Source: Ostrea edulis
Lineage: Eukaryota
DNA length: 64,000 nucleotides
Direction of reading: 5' to 3'
Assembly (NCBI RefSeq): GCF_947568905.1
Contig: NC_079172.1
Coordinates: forward strand, 42,408,001-42,472,000
Position numbers and translations under genes: made by a program. Shown here one piece after another: positions 38,001-51,300 of the stretch. The notes below the pieces were generated by a model. It worked only from the letters and a program-made list of their open reading frames with translations. It searched no databases and was not told the DNA's origin. Numbering within the stretch: the first letter of the stretch is position 1; each line of letters starts with the position of its first letter.

Positions 38001-41000
38001 AAGGACTACACTAGAACGTCTTGCAGGATGTCATTTGAGGATTTTTGTACGAGTTATTCCCACGTTGACGTCTGTCATTTGATCAATACATCGTTCTTCT
38101 CCCTGTCCAAAACCTGGCATGAAGGCAAGGGCATGAGCGAATGGACGGATCGCAGATGTGGAGGATGCGTGGACCACGACAGCTTCATACAAAATCCGCA
38201 GGTACGTATACTTATGTAGGATGTCCTAAGTTAAAACAAGCCCTGGAATTCGTAGGGAAAATGGTGTACTTTAGCAGCTGTAAATGTACAATATTAAATT
38301 TTCATTTTCAATCTAAAATTATTTATATGAATAGGTGAAGATAACGAACAGTTATCGAAGTAGCTCGTTAAACTTTTTTTATACACTACATTGTCAGAAG
38401 TTTACAAATGGTGATATACAGAGAAACAGAGAGTGAAAGTTTTTGATTACAATATCTCAGAACCTTTCCTTCTTCAAAATTTCTATTGTGTTCCTCCTTC
38501 ACCAGTATGTGTTTGACATAGACGACAAGGAAGACGAAATTTTGGTGTCGTTAGAACAACAAGACAAGAGAGAATTTAAGAAAGATGGCGAGGGAAAGAA
38601 CCACGGAATTGGTTTCACGATTACCAAGGTAAACTCTACAATACAGTAATCGACTAGTTTTAATTGTTTAATGATTTTCCATCATAATCATAATATCCCA
38701 AGACTGAATAGTATAATTACTAGTGAAATGCTGTAGATATACATAAAATTAATCAGATTTCAGCAAGTGAATCTGTATAATGTGTTCATTATAGTACATC
38801 GTGTCAATTCAAACGAATGTGTGCATGTGTAAAAGAAAAAATATAGATACATATACTTTATACAAGCGCAACTTAAAAAATTATATTAAAAATACTTTCA
38901 AATGTTTACAAAAAATAATCGTGTATGTTTTGACAATTTACTATACTTTTACTAATTATGTATATTGTTTAGTTTTGTATCTTTTATTTAACTAATTCAT
39001 CAAATATTCATGTGACATTTGATAGATAACCAATCATTAGGAATATTAACATTAATATGCCTGTACAATGTTCTAGCCAGGGTGGACCTAGGATTAATAT
39101 CAACATGTTTAAAATGTAATTTCGTGTATCTCTAAAAGAAATACCTCATTTTCCAAATGCTTTTCACAATAGATATGTACAATATATGAGCCATCAAAAT
39201 ATATAGATCTGATATCCATTATGTACTTATCTTAGCGAAACTTACTTCCAATGTCAATTTTCGAGAACGGGAAATGGTGAGAATATAATCTGCAGGAATT
39301 GATTCTGTACAGATTAGTGATGAATTGATCAACACCGAAACTTGTGATATGAAATTGTCTTCTGGCGAATTAACATAGTTATTACTTAATTCCATGCAAT
39401 ATAGAAACTACAATAAATTAATCAAAACTTTGATGAATGTATACAGGAATTTGATATTTGGTAATATTGGAGCTGTTTATATTATAGAAGTTATCTCTCT
39501 TATCAGCGCGACTTTGAATCTTTCATGATTTGCAAATCCATCAATACTAGGAAAACTTGAACATCACCACTTTACAGCTTATCTTCAACTACTAATAGCA
39601 CCAGATGATTTTTTTTTAAAAAACCCACTTTAGCTATCGATCTTAATTATAATGGGGTTTTCTGTGATACTTTCACAGATATAAGATCGTATGTCACACT
39701 CTCATTTAGTTTAATTTCATTGTGTTTTATTGTTGCTTTCCCCTTCTTTTCCTCGTAAAGCGCCTTAAAGTAATTTGTTTTACTGAAATTATTTTATCAT
39801 CATTATCTTCTTAGACTGACCTCAACCGAGAGTACAGAATGCACGATAAATTACAGACCATTCATACATCAGAGTACGGTGCTAATAGGGCTATTTTCGA
39901 ACGTGTGACCATAAAGAGGGGACGCTATGTGATATTCCCCACCACACACGAGCCAGACAAGAAAGGGAGATATGTTTTACGAGTGTACTTCAGTTCCTCA
40001 CCAGCCTTCAAGTGAGTAAGAGTGTCAAAATAAAATAGGATACGTATTGCTTTTAATGTTTCATCTTCATAGATCAAATGTTACAAGACAGACACTGTGG
40101 TATTGACAATAGTAATATTCTCTATTTATACAAGACTGCACAATTAATTATGAAAATTAGTTTACATTGTGGTCCTGTCTTTAACATGAATACATATCGA
40201 GAACATACATCACAAAACACGAAAGTATCACAGTTAATTTACATACTACCTAAGAGGAGAACATACAAATCTGAGATATGCAAGATGAGTATCAAATAAT
40301 ATGCTTATATTCTTTGATTGTAGGGAATTAGTGTACGAGGAACCACCTCCACCAATGTGTTGTTCCTTCCTTTTTAAATCCAACGGCGCCACACAAATCA
40401 CAATAGTCAGTGCCAACGGTCTGGAAAACCCGAACATCGTCCTCAGTAAGTTTCATTCCTCAAGTTACATGCTTTGATCAGGTTTGTTATAGAAATTACA
40501 GTAATGCTAATATTATGTAACCATTTTGTACGATACAACCATTCTCGTTATGGATATTTAAAGATCACACTGGCAACCGTGCTGTATGTTTAATCTTATA
40601 ACCCACTCCATGTAACATCACTCTTCGCCGAGTCTGGGAAATGGTTTGAATTGGATACCAATATAAGATAGTGTTATCATACATAAATTTCTCATGAAGT
40701 ATGGAAAAATTGCACTAGGTGTTGAATGCAGATACATCAAGAAAAATCCCAAAGAAAAGATATTGAAACCGGTCGACAGGGAATGTTTACTCCGCATAGG
40801 CACCTGATCCCACTTCTGGTGTGTCCAGGGGTCCGGGTTTGTCCAACTCTTTATATTGTATTCCTTATAGGAGTTATGAGATTGATCACTGGTCGTTATC
40901 GTCACCTTTCATTGAATGTCAAATGGAAGATATGAATAATATGTTTTATTTTATACTCTTATCTCTGGAATGATTTATTTATTACATAGAACCTGATCTG

Positions 41001-41845
41001 TACTGTGAAGTAACCTGCGGAAGAAAGAAAGTGAAAACAAGTGTTTGTGACGGGACGAAGGACCCATTCTGGGACGAAAGAATAACATTTTACCAGAAAG
41101 ATAAGGACATCAAAATTGAGGTGATAGAGATACAAGCATGGGTATATTTCTCAAACGTGAACTCTCCCGATTTACCATAGATATTCATTTCTTTCATATT
41201 ACGAAGACATTTCAGTTAAATGATGATTTCAAATCTAAACTACTTCCCATAAGTTTAGAAACGTTTGTGAAAAAGTGAGGGCAACGAACAGTGATTAATC
41301 TCATATATTCCATAAGGAATACAAAATAAAGAGTTGGGCAGAAACATTAGAAGTGGGAGTAATCATCCTCTGATTTAGTTATCACACCCGCCACGAGCCC
41401 TACATCTCTTGATCATGTAAACGGAGTAATTCCTAGCCCAGGGGTCCGTGTTCGTGCAACTCTCTATTTTGTATTCCTCATAGGAGTTATGAGATTGATC
41501 ACTGTTCGTTATCTTCACCTTTTGTAGGAGTTATCAGACTGACCCCTGTTCCTTATCTTCACCTTTATAGGAGTTAAGAGATTGATCACAGTTCGTTATT
41601 TTCATCTTTTCACTGTACAGTAATTACTGTTCTGTTTACTTAAAACGTTTTCGTTCTAGATCTGGAATGACAATCTAATTAAGGACGATTTTATCGGACA
41701 GTGTATCATTCCAATGAAAGGAGCTAAACATACAGGAAAAACAATTCAGCTACCACTGTACGGCAAAGGCAAGGAGGAGAAAGTGAAACAGAAAGGATCC
41801 CTGTCAGTGACGATATTGTGTACAGCTCACATGGACACCGTGTGA
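35022..41845 (+). CDS. CAPN5: Calpain-5/TRA-3-like protease, copy 2, 12 exons, 633 aa
   Basis: Exons 35022-35198, 35564-35695, 35805-36007, 36623-36809, 37020-37210, 37312-37389, 38027-38201, 38506-38628, 39815-40011, 40324-40445, 40990-41120, 41660-41845; 1902 nt in frame. The triad [18 protein letters not shown] is intact. Intron positions match copy 1. Confidence 0.93.
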
Positions 41846-42719
41846 TGATTGATAAGAATGAGAGCTTAATGATGTGAGACAGAGTGTAAAGATTTATATA
41901 TTTCCACGTCACTGTTCACATGTTACATTTTCATGCATTAACGAATTGTATTATTACATGTAATTACCACTATAAAGGTGGAATGAGGATTATGATTTGA
42001 TTTACATATATTGCATTCATTAAATTGACATTCGACTGAGTGGTTATTGTATAGATATAACATATTCCCAGATATTCTGAGCAACCAGTTTCACCAACTG
42101 ATGACGTAATAAAGAGGATCATGTGATCGTCCATCATCTGCAACCATCCAATCCACTTTTGCAGTGGTGACTTCTTTTCCTTTTTTTTTCCAGAAAAATA
42201 GTTATTCTGTAGAATATTTATCTCCTTAGGAATTTTCGAAAACTGCTGTAGGAAATTCGATTCCTTTCTGTTTTATATAATCTTTCAAAATATGATGCCT
42301 GATATACAAAAAGGAGTTCTGTTACATTTTAACGAAATTCCACCCATCTAGAAATAAAGGTTCCATCTTATATTTCATTGTTCGTTCTTCAAAAAAATGT
42401 ATCTTGGTAACAAATAAAAAATGATAAAATAAGTATGATGTGGTATTAACATATTTTTTATCAATTAGCAAACATATACCTGTTATCAACGTCAGAAAAT
42501 TGCAAATCAAAATTTCACAAAACACTGGTTAAAACAATACAATAGTATTTATAACAATTTTATGAAACTGTTTCTTTAAAAAAAAATATACAAAAAATAA
42601 AGGGACTCTATAGCATAATGGACTTCATAGATAATTTGATAAAAACAGGCATTGCCCTTGGATTGAATATTATCTAGAAACATAATTGATAATTCATATA
42701 TACATGTACATGTTCATGT

Positions 42720-43900
42720 TATACAATAAATCTTATTAAAAATCATTGACAAGAGGGTGGAACTACGTGAAATTTGATCTTATCGTTGTTTCGTTAAGTA
42801 TGACCGTAACATGCTTTTTCTAAGTCATTGGCTTATTCAAGTCAAACTAACAACTCAACTTTACGACAAAACAATATCTAACTTATCGGATCAGTTGAGA
42901 GATATAAAAACCGTATGCAAGTCATAATGGAATATTGCTTCTTGAATATGGGGAGTTGACGATGGAAAAGCTGAAATCATCCCGTCTGTCATAAAGTTTT
43001 CAACAACATTTATATCAACATTATCAGTAATGACATGTCCAGCTGGACTATAGTGGATTAAGCATAAGATGGTCTATATCTAGCCACTGCAAAGTTTGTT
43101 TGTAATTAAAAAGTTTGGATGCAGTAGTAGAAGTATATCGGTATGACATTGCCTCGCTTCATTCTGGAAGTTTCCATAAGCTGATTCAAGACTAAAATCA
43201 CGGACTGAAGAAACGAACAGGCATATTTCATTTATTCAACAATTATCAAAACTTCTTTCTTCCAGTAAGATCAAAATCAAGTATCGATAAACAACGAATT
43301 AACTTCATACCGTATTATCAAAAGTTGTTAAGCTTAGATCCGCCACTTTACTTTCATTTTTGCTAGTTCAAGGTAGTTTATCGAAAATGAAAGTTGGTGT
43401 TTAATTAATTTTACGATATTTATTAATCAAGTAAGATTCTATTATAGCTCAGGGACTTCGCTTGACATATGAAACAATATTAAAGGTGCAAGCAGTATCT
43501 CTGGAGCAAGTGTTTCTGAGTTTATTGGCAAAATTTGTTAATTAATAAGTATAGATAATGAAAAAGATGGATATCAAATATCCTTATAATCATTTAGGCA
43601 TAGCATACGCAAAACACATTAATTTACTGATCAAAATTGTGTAGTAGGATCATGTAATGGAGTGAGTTGTGCCTCTCTCTTCGTTCGCCTTTTCTGAAGG
43701 TTGGATTTCTCCAGCACAATCTTGTCCACATATAGCATACCGGTAATACATTGTAGAATATGCATAAAAACAATAGCATTACCCGATAACCACAAGTGAA
43801 TCTTTTTACTCAGCACCAATGGCCAGTATTTGAGATAAGGTACCTGTAGATGCATTCATCAGCATCAATCACGTTATATTCTTTTGTTAGTACGATCTTG
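42720..43900 (-). mobile_element. Decayed, internally deleted Penelope-like retroelement, endonuclease-first (Naiad/Chlamys-like) order
   Basis: Minus-strand peptide remnants in order: ILQCITGMLYVDKIV (GIY-YIG-like), SYRYTSTTASKLFNYKQTL, YSPAGHVIT, YDRRDDFSFSIVN, NIP..AYGFYISQLIR. Many stops and frameshifts; the RT core is missing. Motifs were recognised from memory. Confidence 0.65.
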
Positions 43901-44294
43901 CCAAGTAACTTTTGCTTGTTACCTGATCAAGGCAGTGAAAACAATACATTCATGTGGATTGAAAAAAGTCATTTACTTTGAAATTTACGCCATTATATAA
44001 CAGACTAAATTAGTGGGGACCAGAATGACTTGGGGGGACATCATATGTATCACATAGGTATGATTAAATAAAATAAAATGTGATCCCTACAACACAGGAT
44101 GAAATATCTAAACAGAGCTGCCTGCAATCATTTAGAACGGTGAAGATAACTAACAGTCTTCAATCTCATAACTGCTACAAGCAATACAAAATAGACAGTT
44201 GGGCAAATAAATATGGTATCACTTTACTGGTGTCGCTGAAAGCCCTCAAGGGGATGTACACAAATAAACATTAACGCTATTTATTCACACAGAT

Positions 44295-44349
<55 letters not shown>

Positions 44350-44352
<3 letters not shown>

Positions 44353-44476
44353 TTCAATAAAAAAGCAGGAAAATATACAGTTCCAAAATGGCAGTCTAAA
44401 ATATTTTGGAACTGTATATTTTCCTGCTTTTTTATTGAATTATTTTGACTGTGTGATATCAACTCTTTCTATTTGG

Positions 44477-44490
<14 letters not shown>
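44350..44490. repeat. Palindromic element between (CA)n/(TA)n tracts
   Basis: ttcaataaaaaagcaggaaaatatacagttccaaaat ... attttggaactgtatattttcctgcttttttattgaa. Confidence 0.85.
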
Positions 44491-44525
<35 letters not shown>

Positions 44526-45364
44526 CAATGACTTTTGATGCGACAGTCTGGTGTATGTGGTTATTTTGGATTCTCTGTTATACTTATCCTATATAGGATC
44601 ATTGCTGTTATCTCACTACAACAAATTAGCCAATCTTGAAGAGCTCGGACTGATCGTTTCTAATTCACATATCTAACGATGGGTTTACCTTGGATGATGA
44701 GAAGAAAGATGAATTCAGCCGTGGGTAAATAATATTGATCTTTCACTATTAACTTTCGACACTCTCACCGTAGACTGTCACTACTATACCATCAGATTAT
44801 ACAGTCATGGATTGTTTACATAGTTTGTAGTCAAAAATCGAATAAAATTTTTTTGTAATATGCCTGAAAGCAATAGAGACAAATAACTGAAGTGATTAAT
44901 ATTCTTATCTCGATTAAAAACAATACAATTTTAAATCACATTATCAGATGGAGGTTACGTTAAAAGTCCGGTATTACATTTACAATGTATATCACAATAG
45001 TTTTATATATGCAGATATTCGTAAAATTTTATATCGAGATATCCATTAACTAGTCAGTGACGGGATTTATCCAACACGTTGGGCGTCTGGGGCTTCGGTG
45101 TTTTAAGTGGAGATCTCTGGACTGGGTGTCTGGAGGCTCCAGTGTATTGAGTGGAGATCCCTGGGCTGGGCGTCTGGAAGCTCCAGTGTATTGAGTGGAG
45201 GCTGGGCGTCTGGGGCTCATGGCATGGGTTTGAGGTTTTTCAGGTTACATATATGTGTTATTGTACATTTATTTATTTTTATACATAATAAAATAAATAG
45301 ATAACAACAAATAATTGCTTTCTTTTCTCTATATACATGTTTTATGTTTCTAAATATGCCACTG

Positions 45365-48300
45365 CTAATCTCCTTGTTTCCTTAACCATTCACCGTACTT
45401 TTCTAGATAATCGCGGCTTTGTTGGTTGTCTATTTCGTCCATAATGACGTCAGCTAACTTCCGCTCAGAATCTAAATCATGAAAGACAAATACAAATCAT
45501 ATCAGTGAGAGTTTTATTATCAGTTGAGGTGCTAATAAAATCACTGCATGATGATGATCAGTCACAATATTTTCTTCATATTTAACTCACCGTTGTATTT
45601 AATGCATTTACATTTTTTCTGCATATCATCACGTGTTGCCGGCGAATTCAAGATGGCCGTAAGCTGTTCTACCAATGCATCACATTGTTCGTACATTTGA
45701 TTTTTAGAGAGTCCCGCTATCATTGATTTCTGCATCTCAGCCAGAGCTTTAATTGGTGTTAACATCTCTCCTGCGAAGTAGTAATCACAGTTTTCTCCCT
45801 GTAAAATAAAAATCGTCCAGAAAAACAAATCAGATACAGAGAAAGCATTTGCGAATAGCCAGTCTGCTAACTGTGTATTCAAGTACGAGTACACCAGATT
45901 TTATCACATTCCAATGACACCGTCGCGGTAGTTCAGTGTATAGTGTTCGTAACCAGGAGGTCGTGAGCTCGAGCCCCGCTCGTGCAGTGGCCTCGTCAAA
46001 CCTAAGACATCAACATACATATGTACATGTACGTAGTAATTGCTTCTTCGCATTTAGAATTGAGAATCACGAATCTTTCGGACATGACCTTAAAAAACGG
46101 AGGTCCCGTGTCGATATGACGTAAGTCAATCAATCAACCAACATTCCATCGGTTCTTTATAGAAATGTATCCGCCGCTGGTGTCGGTGTTGTCAAACTTT
46201 CAACAATTTTACTTCTTTTTTAGAACCCCGAGGGTATGCTTAACAAAATGTCATGTTTTGAATTTATTTTGAATTTACTGTGTATAGTGGTAAATACTAA
46301 ATTTTCAACACAACACCAACAAGATTCACATGTGTTAAAGATATGGTATTTGCTTTTACCTAGTAAATTCAAAATGTCTTTCAATCAAGTCATTATAGGG
46401 ATATAGGATATTGCATAGGAATATACAATGGGTTTTAAGAAGTTTCTCTAGAAGGTCTTCAATTTGTCAGATTCGTATGCAAGTATCCATCTATAACGTA
46501 ATTCAATTCTTCTTCAAGACTGACGCATGGCATGAAGCCGATTTCACTTTCACAATTTCATCTTAAAATCTTTTCAAGAATTACAATGGTTCAATTCGTC
46601 AAAATGATATCCTTATTCATGTACCGTACTTGCACAATGAAAGGCGAAGATAACGAACAGTGATACAATCTTTGAAATATTTCTGCCCTAGACGTTTAAT
46701 TTTTTATTTTATGATCAGTAAAGTTACCCAAGTACAGTACGCGTTTTTCCACGTCCAGCATTATACGTTGGGGGGGGGGGGGTACGTGGTAACTGAATAT
46801 AATATATATTATATCAAATATTTATAACTATACGCATAGGGGAAATTTACGCACTTATTACGTGACCGCGTAATTAATGTAAATTTCCACACGCGATCTC
46901 ACGGGGATCCAGGTTGTTATAGGTCCCCAGTACCCCTTGTTTATCGTAAGAGGCGACTAAATGGGGCGATCTTTTGGATGCGACCGCAAAAACCGAGGTC
47001 CCGTGTCACAGCAGGTGTGGCACAATAAACATCCTTCATTGCGAATATAGGCCTAAATTTTCCAGCCCTTCACCGGCAATGATGACGTCTCCATATACAT
47101 GAAAAGTTCTCGAAAGGGACATTAAACAATATACAAGGTATATCCATCCTCCACACGTAAATAACCACTTTTACAGTAAGCACTATGACCCATGATCCTC
47201 AGTTTGAGATCCCAACGTACTTTGCGGATAAAACCATCGAGTGACATTTTCACTTAATCAGCTGATAAAATTTATTTGCAAGATCCTACCAGGAGAACAC
47301 TGCGGGTCGCACGTGTTTTTTTATATGACTCAAAGATAATGATGAAAGAAGGGAAAAAAGATAGAAAGGCAGTCTGAAATAAGATAAAGTGATGCTGAAT
47401 ATTCTATAACTGAGAAGTACATGCATCTAACCTCTATTCTATAAAGTTTGCACGGAAACACTCGTCTTGTTCCGGCTATGTCCTTAGCAATAGGTTTCAC
47501 TTCAAATGGTCCTTGTATTCTGTCGTCAGCCATAGTCAGTAAAGGTTTAAATTCACAAGATTTTGGAACAAACTCTAAAAGAATTTTGGAAAGTCGATAT
47601 TTTTTCTTAATTGCTGTTGATTTTCTAATATCATCTTCTTCCATTCTAAGCTCCAACCGTTCGTTGAAATCTGAAAGACGGGTAATGATTCAATTCCTTA
47701 TTAGATGACAAAATATTTAAGGAATGAATCTAATTTTGACCTGCGTTATACGATATAATGTAACTTAGTGCTGTTTACGCTTTATAATCCGCGAAGCAGT
47801 TACCAAGGGGGCGCGTCCTCATAACAAGTTACATTATATACAATATAAACTAATTTTTTCAGTGTGTTCAGCCAATCAAATTGCGTGTTACAAATAAAAT
47901 TTGATTATTCAAAGTTGAAACTGGCATTTTCTTTTTCATCACAACGGAAAACAGTAATAATGAATTGGTCGAGCTTATCACTGCTGGACATTTCCATACC
48001 TGGCAGTACATGTCTAAGGTAATTCACATGAAACGCCCACGCCAAACCAAAGGCAACGTTACCGGCGGGCACCTGAGATCTCAGGGACACCACATCGCCT
48101 ATAGATATCACAATCACATATTAAACATGTACAACATCTTTCAAATAACATTCATCATTCATATATCCATGGGAATGAACGTTCTAATTTTGTTTTAATT
48201 AGTGCCGAGGGTTTGCAAAAATAGACATCGTTTATTAGTTAACTTACCTTTTATGATCTCAAATATCCTTTCTTCATATGAGGGCTCGTTAAAAATGTCT

Positions 48301-51300
48301 ATATATGTCACCCACCGAATGAAGTTTGGTATATATGAACTATCAACGTTTTTCAGTAATATTACTATTTTCAAATGATTTTCCTCGATACATTTGCTCA
48401 GTAATGCTGCCAACCAAAACTCGATGTACCCCCTCTTCCTGATAGTGTCCTTGGATATCAAACAACACACCCACTTGGCTTCTTTGACTCGATCTTCTAT
48501 CACCCCTAAAATTATCATCATATATTCATTGTCAAACTGGCGATTCGATGACAAGGATAAATTATGCTACGTATCACGCGACTTGATATTTACATGATCG
48601 CTCGATCCGTTAAGAATTTACATTTAAGTTTTAAAAAAAAACTAACACTAGTGGTATTCAAAGAGAAGCCAACAATCTGTTTAGATACATATACTGACTT
48701 ACCCATAGCATCGTTTGGTGGTCTTGCGATGGAACAACGTACTTTTCTGTCTTCAAGGTAAGTTCTAATTTGGTTTACAGTTCTATCATCCGGGCTACTG
48801 CGGACAGAGATAGAGCCGCGGTTTTCTGTGTCACTGTACAGAAAGCATACATCAATAGGACAGGACGACTGTACTTGATCAAAGCGACTCGGTGGTCTCT
48901 CGCTCTGAAATGAGAAATGACCCTCTGAAGGTACTAGTACCACCAATGTTCACTTCTGTTATACTGTACTAAGTGTGCTTAGTGAAATCATACGCCTACA
49001 GGCTATGTTTCTTATGATTCTCAAATTCATCTTCTTTATAGCTCAACTGTCAGTACAAAATTAAATACCAGTGGCTTTAACATAGTTTCTTCTATTGCAT
49101 TTCTGACTCCATTGAAGAGAACATGGGATGGAGTATTTTCCTGCCCTTTGCCTTCATCTGAATTAAACAGGTGTTAGTAAGTTTCATTTGCATTGGAGAA
49201 GTGCTAGTAAGTTTCAACATAAAACATGTCGCGTTAGTCACAAGATTCTTCAAACCGTCTTTTGTTTTGTTTCATCTTTTCATGGTGGATAAATCCAAAT
49301 ATTTCGGGGCATTACAAAAGTGTAGCATTTAACGAAAATACTCTATTAGGTTGTAGTATGAGCAGAATAGAATTTATAAGTTTATCAGATGACGAATCAC
49401 TAGATAAACCAAACAAACCGTCAAACATAAGGACTTTCGCTCTTCCGTAGCATTCCGCATTTCTTGAGTGGTTCAGTATCTCCTCTAGTTTATACTTGAA
49501 CCTTTCTACTTCCGTCCTGCGTTGTTGGGGTGTGAGAAGATTGAGTGCTTCATCTGCAATCAACCCAAGAGCGCAAAGTGCACTAGGGTACTCAGCACAG
49601 CAAAAGTACTCCTACAAATATAATTGTTCATCAAGTTACGTTGAATTATGATGACGTGTTGGGGTCTGAGATTGAGGAGAATGGAAAACTTTCGTAATTT
49701 TATGAGCTACTTCATCGATCCAACTCCCCGCCGATGTTATAGGTCTAAACAAAATCTGGAATTTGGAAATGGTGTTTAAAAACTTAATTTTGAATTTCTT
49801 TTTTTGTCCTCTTTATTTCTCCCTTTCACCTTATAGATTGTTGGGTTATATTTTCATTTTATTTATTTTTTCATTTTTGATGTTGAACATTAAAGATATA
49901 ATTCATTTAATGTTGATAGCCAAATTTTTTAAATTCTGAATGGAAGAATAAAAGCTATAGTTCAACCTTAACTCAGTGTTATGTGAACAAAGACTCGAGT
50001 CTTTTTATGTCATCAAACAAACCAGTAAAATATTAATTTTATAATATAAAACATCTTAATTTTGCATAGTCACAAATTTCGACTTTAAATGACACATTTT
50101 ACCTACAGAATGCTTGAAATACGATAGATATACATGTAATAAACTTAAATTGATATCCATTTCTTTTGAAAATATCGTGAACAATAACATATCGTAATCT
50201 TTGTTTACAAAACAAATAATAAACTCTCTAAAATGAGCTTCTGTGATAATGTACAACCTTACTTTTTCGTGAAACCTTTTAAACACATTAAACAGTAGAT
50301 ATTGATCATTAAAAATGAAAAACATGATTTTGGGGGAAATCGTGAATCAGTCCTTTTAAGAGCTACTTCAACGATGCAACTCCTCGCCGATGTCATAGGT
50401 GTTATTTTTCCTGGAATTCGGACAAGGTGTTTAAAAACTTTATTTTGAATTTCTTACCTCATCTCTGCCCTCTTTATTTCTCCCTTTCACTTTATAGATT
50501 GTTGGATTATATGGTCTCTTGTTTATGACCAACTCAATTGCCCCTTCTTTCGTTATGTTTGGATCTATGTCTGCAATGTTTCGTGGCCCTGTTGCACTCG
50601 TTGGACACAGCATAAAAAACACAGTCGACATTCTACCCAAGTTGTTTTGAAAAGTATCGGACTTCTTTATGCTTTGCGCAAGTTCTAAAAAAAAAGATAA
50701 TGGTTGGTTTCATCAACGTATCTCCGCATTCACAAATTACTAGCTATAGTAGTATTTCATTGAATACATTTCATTTCCGCGAGTTTTTGAATAGTGACTT
50801 CCCTAATTTCCGTGTGGTATTTATTTTTATCAATTAAGATAGCTCTCACTGACGACATTGCACTACTCCTCAGTTATTTCTATTTTCATCCACATGAAAA
50901 GAATAAAATACTAATGAATGAAAACTTCAAAATAACAAAAACATGGACACAAATATTTACAGTCACATGTAAAGTAACTGCAATCTATCTCTTAAAACAC
51001 GAACATCTATTCACCGTATATTACAGATCTGATTTGCAGTAGAAAATGTTATTATTGTCTGTTCATATTCTTGCAAACTTATGGATTGATGGAAAGGCTT
51101 GGAATATGATGTGTTGTTAGGTCGATTAGAATGAAGTATATCTTTCTATAGATAAGCAAGAGTGAGTAAAGGGGGTCAAAAACACGTGGACGTAATGTTC
51201 GTTTGATGTGTATCAAATAAAACGAAAACCAAAAATATATGGCAACAGATGAGATATAATATAGTAAAACTGTAAAACTTAACAGCATTTGATTGACTTT

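Noticed and set aside
44520-44760. Possible RT remnant next to the (TA)n tract
   Set aside because: I could not find a convincing conserved motif in any frame by eye.
45921-45990. Possible tRNA gene
   Set aside because: The cloverleaf is incomplete and continues into a SINE body and tail, so it is a tRNA-derived SINE head.
46542-46551. ISRE-like GAAAGTGAAA in STING intron 9
   Set aside because: Several such 10-mers are expected by chance in 64 kb of AT-rich DNA, and there is no other support.
49312-49418. TAA at 49312 as evidence that the STING gene is a pseudogene or two separate genes
   Set aside because: A GT donor at the position homologous to module 2, a branch point and an in-frame 89-nt exon bypass the stop. 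It is kept only as a possible isoform.
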